Of a stretch of DNA of 64,000 bases, positions 1 through 13,918 are shown one piece after another; within the stretch, counting starts at the first letter, position 1; each line of letters opens with the position of its first letter. Made by a program: the position numbers and the translations under genes. The DNA is taken from positions 3,844,001 through 3,908,000 of the forward strand of contig CM022669.1 of assembly GCA_012295275.1 (NCBI GenBank), in the 5' to 3' direction. A model generated the notes under the pieces. It worked only from the letters and a program-made list of their open reading frames with translations, was not told the origin of the DNA and searched no databases. Origin of the DNA: Chrysomallon squamiferum (taxonomy: Eukaryota > Animalia > Mollusca).

Positions 1-78
1 GTATACTTTACGATTTAATTAACTATAGATATTTAAATTAAAATATATATATGAAAAATAAAAACGAAAGAAACTGAC

Positions 79-1072
79 TGATTGTGTCAAATCTTCAAAC
101 TTCATGTGTTCGGCTATAAAGCTGATGGCCTCTAAAGCATCCTGTACTTCTTTGCAGAACTTTGAAGGTGTGGGCGTGGCCATTTCCTGCTCCACGTGCA
201 ACAGTTCACACCTGAGCGTGGAATTATAGTCTGGAAGATCCGTAACGTTTATATTTCTCATGTCCTGCCCCCCGTCGCGCATTTTCATACCGTTACAGTT
301 TCTCATGGGAATCTTATAGTTGAGTTCTGAGGGTTGGTGCGGCCGGCGCATCACCAACAACTTTGGAAAAACGGTGAGAAACACCCGCCTCACCCATGAC
401 GACATGCAGTGGGTAGTGGGAGACCTGTAGTGGACGTTCAGCACGATGACGGTGACGATGATGGACAGCGTGACGAGGATGATGGTGAAGAGGAGGTATT
501 TGCCGATGAGAGGGACCACGATCGACGTGGGTGGAATTATCTCCGTCAGCAGCAGCAGGAAGATGATGAGCGTGAGGAGGATGGAGATGCACAGCGTGGT
601 TTTCTCGCCCGAGTCGGACGGGAGGTAGAAGACGAGGATGGTGATGAACGAGATGGCCACGCAGGGAATGATCAGGTTCACCGTGTGGAACAGCGTCTTC
701 CTCCTGATGGTCACCATGAAGGTTATGTCGGGAAACGTCGAGTTGTCCAGAGGGTCGATTCTCGTGTTCTTCTGGGCATTCACTTCCAGGATATCCCATT
801 CCAGACTCGGGTAGAAGTCTCGCAGGTCGACTCCGCTGCGAATGTAGACGTTAGGCTCGTTTGTTGGAGCGCACGTGTGGACGAGGTCCACCTGGTCGCC
901 CTCGTACGTCCACGAGCCGAACTTCAGCTGACACGTCTGAACGTCAAAGGGGAAATATTCCACGTCGATTGGACAAGAACTTTTGAAGATGGCGGGCGGT
1001 TCCCACACAACCAGCCCCGTGTAGTGTAAAGTCGCTTTTGTTGTCAAGGTTACCTCGAAGTTGCCGTCAGCA
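79..1072 (-). CDS. nAChR gene A (non-alpha subunit), large exon 4: Cys-loop, loops B/C, M1-M3 and cytoplasmic loop
   Basis: Acceptor catttcag|T GCT GAC GGC AAC TTC (ADGNFEVT); Cys-loop [15 protein letters not shown]; loop B FGSWTY; M1 [16 protein letters not shown]; M2 [14 protein letters not shown]; donor TCA|gtcagt after EDLTQS. 994 nt, phase 2 to 0. The M4 exon is expected beyond position 1. Confidence 0.96.
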
Positions 1073-1638
1073 CTGAAATGTAATTGTTACAACACAAGTA
1101 TAAAACACGAGTGTGAAAATATAGCTACTGTCATTATTTTGAAGATGATACATTCCAGCATTTAATATATAAAGATAAACACCAAACAAGAACACAACTT
1201 TTCCTAATAAATTATTTTTTAAATAACATAGTTCGCCTCCATGAACTAGATTTATAACAACTAAAAACCCCAAGATTTATACAGTAAATAACTGAAAAAA
1301 AGCCTCATACAGCTGACCCATTCAAATTATTTTAGTAGATAATAAAAAATAAAAAATAAATATTTTAAATAGTTATCTCTATAAAGTGTTAGTTACGTAT
1401 TAGAAAATTTAGCTAATGTATTAAAAGTTTTCATTTACGTATTGTATTAATACTTTTCATAGAGAAAACGCAATTTACACATTTCATATAGATGACGTGT
1501 TAACATTTTTCATACAGGCAATCTACCAATACTTTCTGCATAGGGAAAGTACTTTCCGTACAGATAATATAGTCAAAGTTCAATGCGTAATGCATTTGGA
1601 CCATTTATTATATAATCAGTCAAAGATAATTTCAAACG

Positions 1639-2024
1639 ATCGTGTCACAGAATAAACTCCTAACAAACACTTGTTTTTGTAATCATTTCAGTTCTTTATT
1701 GTCTTTCACGATGTTTTACTTACTTGTTGAAAAGAACAATATCGTGTGACAGAATAAACTCCTAACAAACACTTGTTTTTGTAATTATTACGATTCTTTA
1801 CTGTCTTTCACGGTGTTTTACTTACTTGTTGAAAAGAACAATATCGTGTGACAGAATAAACTCCTAACAAACACTTGTTTTTGTGATCATTACGACTCTT
1901 TACTGTCTTTCACGGTGTTTTACTTACTTGTTGAAAAGAACAATATCGTGTGACAGAATAAACTCCTAACAAACACTTGTTTTTGTGATCATTACGACTG
2001 TTGTCTTTCAAAAAGAACAATATC
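1639..2024. repeat. 102-bp tandem array (3 full copies + 1 internally deleted copy) built from the 3' end of gene A exon 3 and the adjacent intron
   Basis: Units start at 1639, 1741, 1843 and 1945. On the - strand each full unit reads GAT ATT GTT CTT TTC AAC AA|gtaagt (DIVLFN + donor). Confidence 0.95.
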
Positions 2025-2114
2025 AGGAAGCCAGATGTCGCCTGACGGGACCTGCAGCTCAGTGATTCCGCCATACTCCCTCGGGTCCCAGTGCATCGTT
2101 CCGTCATGCCACAC
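1996..2114 (-). CDS. nAChR gene A exon 3 (loop A region); 3' boundary uncertain because the native donor is deleted
   Basis: Acceptor taag|GTG TGG; translates VWHDGTMHWDPREYGGITELQVPSGDIWLPDIVLF, homologous to gene B exon 3. It then runs ERQQS-stop (TAA 1994-1992) unless a cryptic phase-2 GT at 1998 or 1995 is used. Confidence 0.85.
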
Positions 2115-4417
2115 CTTAGTGAAATAAGCAAAGTCTCTGCACGTGACTTACCACACTGCCGGACGAGCAGTTGCTATTCCATTCGTATGTACGTGCATTT
2201 ACACGTGTGTTCTGTACACGACGGGAATCTTAGTATTTCCACGTCCGTGTTATTTTTCGATTATATTTTAAATAAAAATAATATAGAAAATATTGCTGTC
2301 GTGTTATTATTTTTCATGATCAAAATGTTAGTAAAGGCAGTGGTATTATTTTATTATTAGAATGTTCGTTTAGTTATAACAATATTTTCCATGGTGTTTT
2401 TACCATATTAATATGTTTATGATAATCGTAGAATATTCTCTTTATAATAATATTGTATGTACTGTATTGTTTCTACATTTTATAATATCCTATTTAATTT
2501 TTATACATATGTCGGCATTATACCACACCGATTATAAGCTTTAGTGTTGTACAAATGGAACAACAACTTTAATGCTCGATACCTGTTTGATATAACGTTA
2601 TGATATTGTGATATCACCGCAACCCATGCAGTTAAAGATGGTAGTGTTTTGAACCTTTAGGCAGTGTTAGCAAACATAACAACGAGACATTGTCAAATAT
2701 TACTATACAGTTTTTCGAAGAAGAAGAAACAAAAAATCTCTGAAAAATCAATTATCTTATACCAAAACAACACATTTTCCCCATTTCATTAAATACAAAA
2801 ATAAAAATAGTTATTTTAGAAAATCTGTATGCATTGACAATGTCTCTTTGCTGGTTTCAAATTTAGTACAATATTAATGCGGCTCTAGAGGACAAAACAA
2901 TTAAAGAGGATTTACTGAAGGTTTTTATTAAATGTTTTCTGATAATAACAGTTTTGGACGATCATCGCTATAATTCTCACAGATTATTATATTAAATACT
3001 CACAGTCTATGATACATCTGCTCATAGTCTTTGATATTCATACTCAAAGAAGGTACACCTATATACATACTCTAATACGCTGAAATGCACAGACCAATAC
3101 GCATACTCCAAGATATATGTTCAAAGATTCCTCACTGTATTGTTTTGTCCTCTTTTGCCGAAGTTCCCAGTACTAAACTTACTTGTTATACAGCACTATG
3201 TCAGGAAGCCACACCTCCCTCGAGGGAACATGGAGCCTCTCCACACCCCCGTACTCGTGCGGGAGCCACATTAGTTTTTTATCCAACCACTCCTGGGAGG
3301 AAAGATTAGATGCGTGGAAAAGCGAGAGTTAGTGAGCATGCACAGAAGAAACGAGAATGGAGAAGAGTGTGAGATGGAAACACATTGACAAGTTTTGTTA
3401 TCAATCTTCAGACCAAAAAAAAAAAGATAATATTCTGAATACAGGTTGTCAGAAAGCAGATAAGAGAGGGAGAAAAAAAATTAAGATTCGGAATATTAAT
3501 TGTTAAAAGCAGATGAGAACGCGAAATAAAAATAAAAATAATGGTCATATATCAAAATTAGCCAAGATGAGGAACGCAAAAGAAGACTCGAATATGTTGC
3601 CACAAACTAAAATTAGCCATGAAATAAGAAAACGAAGAGAAAGAACAGAGTTGACCATCTTACGCAGAGCAATAAATTTAAAATTTATAAAAACTGAAAC
3701 TAAGCCACGTTTCATAATTGCACTGAATATACGTAATAAAATCTGTCATGAATTAAAATTAAATAACCATAAACACATCATGATACATCATAAATCATCA
3801 TATTATGAGCAGCTATATTTTGTTATGAGTATTATAAATAAAACCAAAATGTTAATTATTAATGTCAAACGCAGATGTTAGTTATTAAACGTTAGTTGTA
3901 ACCTCACATCATTTCAGAAACAGAATTCTCAAAACAAAAGCATGCTCAGCATATTCAAGCAGATAAAACCTCAATAAAGGAAATATTAAAACGCACATTA
4001 CAGCGTTATAAAATAATAACAATGCTGGTGCACTCAGAATAAATATTTACATATTAAATTTTTTCTTGCAGAAAATAAAAGCATTTTTTCAAATAATTTA
4101 TCCATTCTTTGAAAAAAAAATTTTTAAACAGACTTGATCAGAAGGGAAACACGACTTTTGTAATGTTAATTAAAATACACTCGATATGTGTCTTTTATAG
4201 TTTATGAAATTAATTTTGAAATTACATTTGAAATAAATTATCTCATTACAAAGATATGTTTTACCCGAAAAACTAAATAACCTAATATAGTGTAATCAAA
4301 GGAATTTTAATACTTTAATATCATAATATGTCATTTAAATTTAAAAGTAGAAAGAATGTACTAATAACTTAACTTTTATACACTTTTAAAAATTAAAATA
4401 TAAATTAATTTCTTTAC

Positions 4418-4462
4418 CTGTCGTAGCCACACATTTGTTGTCATAACTTGATTCTTTTCATC
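4418..4462 (-). CDS. nAChR gene A exon 2 (45 nt, loop D)
   Basis: ttttag|GATGAAAAGAATCAAGTTATGACAACAAATGTGTGGCTACGACAG|gtaaag = DEKNQVMTTNVWLRQ, a canonical nAChR motif; phase 0/0. Confidence 0.96.
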
Positions 4463-4543
4463 CTAAAATAAAACAACCTGTGTCACAACAACTGGCGAAT
4501 GTAACGTAAGTACATACGTACGTACAAACAAAACACAACACAG

Positions 4544-4584
<41 letters not shown>

Positions 4585-5949
4585 CCTGTATATGCATCAA
4601 TATTATATCATGAAGGTTCATGGAATTATTTTGCCTATTAAAAGGAAGGTATATACAACAACAAACAAAAATATGTTGCTGCTACTCTGTGAGTGAGCTC
4701 ACATCATCAAATTTTTGCTACAATTAAATCAATAACCCAATGATCGTACAGAATACAATAATCCGTAATCCAACCAAGCATAACCGCAAAGAATCTGGTT
4801 TTACAGATTACTTGAAAACACGTAACTTTGATTTTTCTCCTGACGTATAATGTTGTTTATGTTCTACGCACTTCATTGATTGTCTTAATACAATTAATAG
4901 TCTATCAGTAGATGATTATACTTTCAGTCTGAGGATGTAGGTGTCGACATTTGATCAAATAAATGTCAACAAGTACGAACATATACGTTTAGTATTTGAT
5001 GCAAGCAGCTGTTTTGTTATTAACTTTGGTTAAATTCATTGATAAAAGTGATAGATGAATGCTGATAACATTATTTGTTTGGTAAGTCTTTTCACAATTT
5101 GAATCTTTATCAGAAAAAAAAAATACATAACGACTAAAAGAAGATAGAAAGAAAGAATGAAAACATAAATGTTTTATTTTAAAACACCTGCAGAATACTG
5201 TTATTATTATTATTATTATTATTGTTATTGTTGTTGTTGTTGTTTTGGTAATAATAACAACAACAACAACAATAAATACACAAACAAATAAAAATAAAAA
5301 TAAATTTTTTTTAAAAGATTTTGTCTTTAAAAAAATAATCTGTTCTTCAAATTAAGCACGAAAATCTATGGCTTCTTCCTAGTGAAGATTTTTTTTTCAA
5401 AAAAAAAATAAAAATAAAAATAAAAATAAAAAATAAAGAGGAATAAAAAGTAGGAATTTCTATGATAGTACGTCTGAACGATTTCTTTCCAATTTGTTCT
5501 TCGACACTGCAGCACTGCGGCCAGGCTAAAGTGGTTTTCTTGGCACGGAGGCTTGTAAATGGCAGTAAATTCGTGATAAGCCTGGAGTGGACATATCTAA
5601 AATGATCTAATTGGCAATTTACGGAGATGATCGCCTGCATGATGAGGGGTCGAGCTGTACAAGAGATTATCATTAAGGCAAACGACCCTTTCGTTATTTA
5701 CCACACAACGTCGTGAAACGAGGCAGCCGCTGTTGAACACAGCTGTCACTGCAGAGCAGTGAGAGGCAGCGTCAGGCCAGGCTTCACTCAGCATTCGACA
5801 CCAGCCTCTCCAGTCTTTCTGTTCAGCTCAGAGCGTCGCACGTCGTTTGTAAGATGACTTCTCGTCCTTCTTGTGATGTAGATAAAGAGGTTTGCATGTA
5901 AATTCAAACATGTCGACGTAACGCCATAGGTTCCTAATGCCGTCTTGCC

Positions 5950-6274
<325 letters not shown>

Positions 6275-7659
6275 GTGACACGTTTTAAAATGATTAATTT
6301 TCTATTTCTTAAAAGGAATAACAGGATTATAAACATAGAATTCAGAAACAAATTAGACTTTCGCGATTTTAAAAATAAAATAATATCTTTTCTCTTACTC
6401 TTTCATTATTTATTTATTTATTTACTTATTTACTTATTTATTTATTTTTTATTTTATTTTATATACAGTCTTTTAAAAGTGAGATGTTAAGCAAATATCT
6501 TGACCAATAATTTACGGACGATTTTCAACGGGCGTTATTCGTCTTTCAGTGAATCATTTATGAACGCTTCCGTGCAATGTGAAGGGGGTTAGTGGTTCAT
6601 CCAGAGCAAATATTAAAAGGAAATCCATCCAGAAAAAGGATCGAACTGGACCTAGGAACGCAGCTCCTCTATTTTTCTCACAAAGGCGCCCAATTGGCTC
6701 GGAGTACGGCGCGTGTAAACTTGATTAAAGCTTTTAGATAAAAATTTCTGTGATATTCAGATAAATTGATCCCTCTAGAGTAGTATAAATGCCAATGTCT
6801 CCCAGCGCTGCTGTTTGGCAATCTATCTGTCAAATGTATGAATATTAATCATGCCCCTTTCGTCGGTATATAAATATATCATTCCATGTAACTTGCATTT
6901 TTGTTAATTAACTGTGTGTGTCCGTCTGTCTCTCTGTCTGTTATCGCGCAACCCGATCTACCTAGTCATGCATTTATGCGACCACGTTTTTCTCCGTCCT
7001 TATATCCGTCTTTCATTCTGGCTATCTCCCTATTTATCGATTAAAGCTTCTTCTTTGACAAGCCCTCTCAGTGGAAACAGATGCTTTACCATGAGCAGCA
7101 TGGATGAAAAATAATAAATCCTGATCTTATTTTAGTTTACAAAAAAAAAAACAGAAGAAAAAAAAATCGAAAAAAAAAAAAAAAAAAAACGGAAAAGAAA
7201 AAAAAGAAGAGATTCTTGCAGAAGAGAGAATGGCCATTTCAATACACATGCAACTAGGTAAGGAAAAATTTGAATATAATCAAGTCGGATAGTTTGTTTT
7301 CATTAACGAGTTTGAGAAGAGATGATGATGACACGTGTGTTTGCATCACATGTTTGTAGCACGTGTGGGAACTTGTTAACATCGTGTTAGGTAAAGGAAA
7401 CACGTGCTTTTTAATCGCGAAGCATAAATTTTTGTGAAAGCCGAGGAACCACATGTTAAATTACATAAGACGTTTGCAAGTCTGTGCACCCAGGTTTAAA
7501 TAACTTTCCCTGCATGCAGCTTTGTAAAGTTTTATTTCTTTCTTTTTTTTTTCTTCTTTTTTTTTTACATGTTTGTTGCTTTTGAATAAGTGAAAACAGT
7601 ATTCCGATTGGGATATATTCATAAGTCACGTGACTGTTTCTAACGGTTGATACATACCG

Positions 7660-8200
7660 TATGATACTGTTTCTGACATTTTACAAATCATAATCGTATA
7701 ATCCTATTTTTGACGTTTTACAAGTTTTATGATCCTGATGCTGACGTTTTACAAGTTATACGATCTTGTTTCTGACTTTTTACAAATTACATGATCTTGT
7801 TTTTGACGTTTTACAAGTTATATGATCTTGTTTCTGACGTTTTACAAATTTTATGATCTTGTTTCTGACGTTTTACAAGTTATATGATCTTGTTTCTGAC
7901 GTTTTACAAGTTATATGTTGTTTTACAAGTTATATGATCTTGTTTCTGACATTTTACAAGTTGTATGATCTTGTTTCTGACGTTTTACAAATTGTATGAT
8001 CTTGTTTTACAAATTGTATGATCTTGTTTTACAAGTTATATGATCTTGTTTCCGACATTTTACAAGTTGTATGATCTTGTTTCTGACGTTTTACAAATTG
8101 TATGATCTTGTTTTACAAATTGTATGATCTTGTTTTACAAGTTATATGATCTTGTTTCTGAGGTTTTACAAATTATATGATCCTATTTTTGACGTTTTTC
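7660..8200. repeat. Minisatellite, ~31-bp unit (tgatcttgtttctgacgttttacaagttata) with shortened variants
   Basis: Many tandem copies in intron 1 of gene A; edges are degenerate. Confidence 0.92.
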
Positions 8201-8381
8201 TAGGTTTTGTTCTGATGTTTTACGTCATATGTTCCTGTTTAGGACACACATTCTATTTGGGACATATTACAAGATATTGTTTTTCTTTCGCGATATATTG
8301 TAAATTATATGTTTTCAATTCAGTCAAAGTTTTATATTTCCAGCTTGAGACATACTGCAAGTTTTACGGTCTTTCTGACTA

Positions 8382-8412
<31 letters not shown>

Positions 8413-8417
8413 ATATA

Positions 8418-8456
<39 letters not shown>

Positions 8457-9873
8457 ATATTTTTTTGACATGTTACAAATTGTGTCTTGCGTTCGAAGTA
8501 TTGAAAGTTTTGTATTTCCAGCTTTCAACGTATTTACAATTCATTTGCCTCGTACGTTCAAAGATGGGAAAGTTTAATGTCACTGGTTTTTGATATATTG
8601 CAAGTTTTAATGGATAGTAAATTATTTTCGAACAGCAAACATACAGAAAAGAAAAAAAAAAAAAAAAAAAAAAAGATGAAGAAGAAGAAAGAAATAAAGA
8701 ATAATAACATAACAATGGTAACAGTTATTGCGTTTTGATCGCTGACATCAAAGTCTATGTTACGTCAAACTGTTGATGTTCGTACTTCAAAACCCGTTCA
8801 GAAAACATTAATGTCAAGACGGTAGATTCTGAGAAAGAAACACAAACCGACACTGATGGATTCAAATTATAGTTTACAGCGGAAGTTATGAAACTACGTA
8901 ATGAATATTTACTTTCTTATTATCTGCAGATATTCGCCAACCTGTGTGTGTGTAAGAGATGTATGATGTAAACGAACTAAATTAACCAGAACCTCTTTTG
9001 GAAAAACATTTTAAAGCCTCCTATCTAAAAAGTCAAGTAAATCACATAACTGTTTGCATTAAAGATAATGGGCTTAGTACAAAAACATAAAACTTGGTAA
9101 ATAAGACGTATTTTACATCTAGTGGTTATGGTACGAATACCTAAAAGCTGCCAAATAAAAGTGTTTAATAGTTAAAAAGTTGATTAACAAAATCTTCTTA
9201 TAAATTCGCTCGTCTTTGCAAAAACATCTGCACTACTCGTAATGAAATGTTAATACCTGTGTACAGACTTTCAATGGAATATTTAAAAAAATAAAAAAAT
9301 AAATGGTAATAATAAATAAATAATGAATGAAAAAAATAAATGGAATCCGTTAAGAAACTTATCGACCTACTCCGTGTTTAATAATCCCCTGGATTGTTCA
9401 TTATGTGGATGAAGTTTACACGGCGATAACTGAACAAACAAAACTGCCTGTCTTTGCGATGTGTGGTCGGGCAAAGGTTCCCCTCAGCAATTTCATTTCA
9501 TTAGATCCGTTTCTTACCGCAGGCGAAACATTTTCATAGCAGCATTACAAGAAAGCATATGTTATTCAATGTAAGATTAAACTGTAACTTGGTAATAGTA
9601 TTACGCTCTCTGAGATCAATATGCAACGAAAAAAAGAATATGAAGACGAATTAAAAAGAAAGAAAGAAAAACTAGCAGCGAAGAAATCTCCTTAACGTCA
9701 TGTTAAATTCACTTGCAAAATACTCTGCTATTGACATTCGTTCAATTTAAAATTCACTTTAATTATATAACTGCTATCAGCTGAAATGCCAATATTTTGT
9801 GAACGTGTTTGACTGTCGAGAGAAAACGAGGGAGTCCATCATGCAATGTTTGCTGACTTTTCAGGTGGGCACA

Positions 9874-9887
9874 ATTCCCGAGGGAAT
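9874..9887. promoter_or_regulatory. Candidate COE/EBF (UNC-3-type) binding palindrome ATTCCCGAGGGAAT
   Basis: Matches the COE consensus TCCCNNGGGA with extended palindromic flanks; lies in intron 1 of gene A. Function untested. Confidence 0.4.
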
Positions 9888-9998
9888 ACAAAACATTACA
9901 GACAGTTTCTTAGTCAATCATTAATTTAGTGCGAGTTATTATTATCTTTTTTTTTGTTTTTACTGTTCTTTCTTTTCTATATTTTTTTATAATTTGCT

Positions 9999-10006
9999 TA
10001 TTATTA

Positions 10007-10079
<73 letters not shown>

Positions 10080-10086
10080 CATTATT

Positions 10087-10182
<96 letters not shown>
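9999..10182. repeat. (ATT)n microsatellite
   Basis: Visible directly; explains the poly-L/I ORFs. Confidence 0.95.
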
Positions 10183-10261
10183 TTATTGTACGGATTTTCT
10201 TACTTATCTTTGTTTATCTATCTATATAATATTACTTTTTAGTCTACACAAGTAGCAAATA

Positions 10262-10307
<46 letters not shown>

Positions 10308-11643
10308 CAAATGGATGAAGAAGTCAGATTAGAAAAATATAAATAAATAAATAAATAAATATATAAATAAATAAATAGATAGAAGAAGAAGAAAGGGAAA
10401 AGAAAGTAAAAAAACCAAAACATGTTTAGTAATTTCTGTTACAAATTATACATATTACATTAATAAATATGATTTAGTAGTCAAGGATTACAAGTAATAC
10501 TTTGATACTTTGAATGTAATTTGTACTATGACAATGTATGTGCAGTTGTTAATTAGTCCATATTGTTTCAGTTTGGTAGAAATAATTAAGTATATTCATA
10601 AATTGTAAATGCACAGACACACAAGCACACATATATAATAAACACACAAACACACACACACACACACACACATATAAATATATTTAAACATACCAAAAAT
10701 ACACAAATATACTCATACATACATACAAATATATATACATTCAAACATACCAAAAATACACAAATACATATACATATATATTTGTACATACAAACATACA
10801 GATACACGTAAACAAACACATATATTTATACATATATGCATACTTGCATACGTCCACACATACAAACACACACATACACAACACACATACACAACACACA
10901 TTTACTCACTAAAACAAAAACGAAATCGAGTAAAATGTATTTACCTTCACTTGTATGAATTATTTATCTCCTTCTACTTTGACTGAGTTCACATTTCACA
11001 TTTATATTTATTTATATTTATTTACATTTTATTTCAAAATTTTATCAGTTAAAAGATATAAGCCCAGTAAGCAATTGTTTTTTAAAGACACAAATAACGT
11101 TTATTTATTGCTTTTGCTTATTAATAATAACAAATGCACCTGTGGGTGTTTTCTTACCTACTTAACAAAACGTTGATTTATTGTTTTAATCTATAAAATA
11201 ATAAATACTGATGACAACAGTTTTTCGCACGCCGAGTAATGTAGAATTATATAATGAGAAAAAAAGAAACACTTCGAGATTAGATATTTATAAGCTGCTG
11301 AAAGATTAATGATAAAATGAGTAATTCGGCGTCCTTATGTCAGTTTTATTGTGTGTGTGTTTTTTTAGGGCTGTTTTTATTAACAAGAAAACTATATTTA
11401 AATTTATGACTGATATTTCTAAATAAAACTAAATAAAGATCTTTAATATAAAGAGAAAGAAAACACAAAAAATAAAAATCTGCTATAAATTATCAGCAAA
11501 GTGCAAAAATGAAGAATGATTAATTTGAAATTTATTTAAAATAAACATGAACTGAAATAAAATAAAATATTAATTTAAAAAATTGTTTAGTATTTTATCC
11601 TCTGTAATATGTTACCTCTGCTATACAACAATTATTTATTTAC

Positions 11644-11705
<62 letters not shown>

Positions 11706-12319
11706 CAATAATACATTATTATTTTCTTGATTTCCGATTTTGCATGTAAATAAATGCAAATAACCATCTTATACATACATAACTTTATGCACAAATATTC
11801 ATTCACATACATTCATTCAAAATAATTGCATACATCCATATACACACACGTGCATACATACATACATACATACATACATACATGCATGCATACATACATA
11901 CATGCATATATACATGTATAAATACATACATACATTTATACATTTATCTAGTATCATTTTAATAACGAAGACTATATATTATTTGTTTGTTTATGCGTAT
12001 CAGCGTTGGGAATATGACACTTATTCTTCTTGTAACTTTTTACTTCTGTTTGTTTACAGATACATCTACAAACATAGATTCAAATACATAAATACACAAA
12101 AGTCTGGACAGGAAGTGACATCACAAATCAGACAGAGGTCATGAATTTTGTAAACATGTACACAGAGCTATTTTTAGAGAAGCTTCCAGGTATAACACAC
12201 AACTGTCCTAAATACGCAGGTAATAATTACTACGTGGATGGGACTTTGGTTATTTCCGAACAGTTTAAAACCTGACTGTATATTCTACACGAGAGAGAAA
12301 AATTAAAAACTTTACTCAC

Positions 12320-12523
12320 CATGTCAATGAGCTGGGAAAGTCGCATTCCTAATTTAATAGTGAGCTTGTCCGAGTTGTTTGCTACCGGTCGCACCAGCTT
12401 GTTGTATCCGCTTTTCCTCAGCAAGTCGTCGTACAGGCGTTTCGCGTCTTCGTTCGCATCGCAAACCACGACCAGAATAACGAGAAATCTCTTCATAACG
12501 TTAACCGATGTCGAGAGAGCCAT
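12320..12523 (-). CDS. nAChR gene A exon 1 (signal peptide + N-terminal helix + beta1)
   Basis: [68 protein letters not shown]|gtgagt; 68 codons, phase 0. Confidence 0.95.
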
Positions 12524-13353
12524 TTTACCATCGCCTTCACGCTACCGCTGTTATTGTTCGTTGCCTCCGCATTCTCCCATTTTCCAGCCAACGTCTTTCA
12601 TTGCCAAAACTAATGGTCCCCCTTGTTCGATATGTAACGTGTTGAAGCAAGCGCCGTCTGGTGTTGAAATTAATCGGGCTAAGCGAACTAGCTGCTACAG
12701 TAGTACGTTAATCTTGGCAATATTTGTTCCCTTTCGTGTATTTTTTTTTTTTTTCTTCTCTCTATTTTTTTTTATTAGTTTCTTTCTTCTAGCGCTGGGT
12801 ACAGTTGTGTTACAAAAGCCTGAGTAGTGAACTCAGCAAAGATCCCAGAGCGGTGTCGGATTTCTCTCGCAGGCGGCTTAACGTTGGATTTCATTGATTG
12901 GCGCAAAGCAGTTAAGGTTATTAGAACAGACACAAACATGTACACACGTGTAAACACTAAAGTACATTTACAAGCAAGCACAAAATACGCACCTATACAT
13001 AAATTATAAAATGTACACAAATCACTCAAATACACACAAGCGCGCGCGATCGCACACACACACAGAAATAGACTAAATTATTAACAACACAAAAAAGGAG
13101 TAAACAGTCAAGTAAACAATCTGTTCATTCGTAATTACAAAACAGAATCACACTCATTTGCACAAATACAGTCACAAACATTTGAAATATTATTTTTTTA
13201 AAGCCATTAAAATATTTCTAGAAACATTTTTTTTTTTTTTTTTTTTAGTTTTAAAAGTTTAATAATGAAATAATTTTGTCAGTTTAGACATAAATTTAAT
13301 TATTAGGATAATTTTATTGTTTTAAATTTGTATTACTTATCTAACTTCCTCTG

Positions 13354-13408
<55 letters not shown>

Positions 13409-13655
13409 GTGTGTATAAGTATCTGCGTGGGTGTGTATACCTGTGGTTATAGTTTATCCGCTTTGTTTTTACAGTTCGTTGATTATTTACCGTTTATTGC
13501 GAGCCTCAGTGTTTAGAAAGGATGAATAAATATACAAATAGTTATATAAATAAACATAATAATCAAACACAAATAAACCATGCACGAATATATAAACAAA
13601 CCGTTGTACAAATCAATAAACACTATTAAATAAATAAATAAGTTGTGTACATTAC

Positions 13656-13823
13656 AACAAAAATATAAAGTAAACAATTAAACAAATAATTAAAACATAT
13701 ATTTTATTGAAAATCTACAATTGTGTTTTATAAATAATCCAACAAAAATATAAAGTAAACAAATAAACAAATAATTAAAACACATATTTTATTGAAAATC
13801 TACACGTGTGTTTTGTAAATAAT
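13656..13823. repeat. Two-copy tandem duplication, ~85 bp
   Basis: aacaaaaatataaagtaaacaa...ttttattgaaaatctaca...tgtgtttt.taaataat occurs twice in tandem. Confidence 0.85.
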
Positions 13824-13918
13824 GTCTTTGCTATGTTTTAATAATGATCAATTTGTTTGTACAAAATGGCTCTGCCAGCTGTGACAAAATTGATTCAGTA
13901 TAAAGTCTGCTGCCTTTA

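Noticed and set aside
314-1029. Long overlapping ORFs (314-799 on -, 409-1029 and 446-628 on +)
   Set aside because: Shadow frames of the GC3-rich gene A exon, with no independent protein motifs.
1639-2024. Regular repeats resembling a CRISPR array
   Set aside because: Whole units repeat with no unique spacers, the context is eukaryotic, and no cas genes are present.
12321-12827. 168-aa + strand ORF
   Set aside because: Antisense to gene A exon 1 and its leader, running into poly-T; no recognisable domain.
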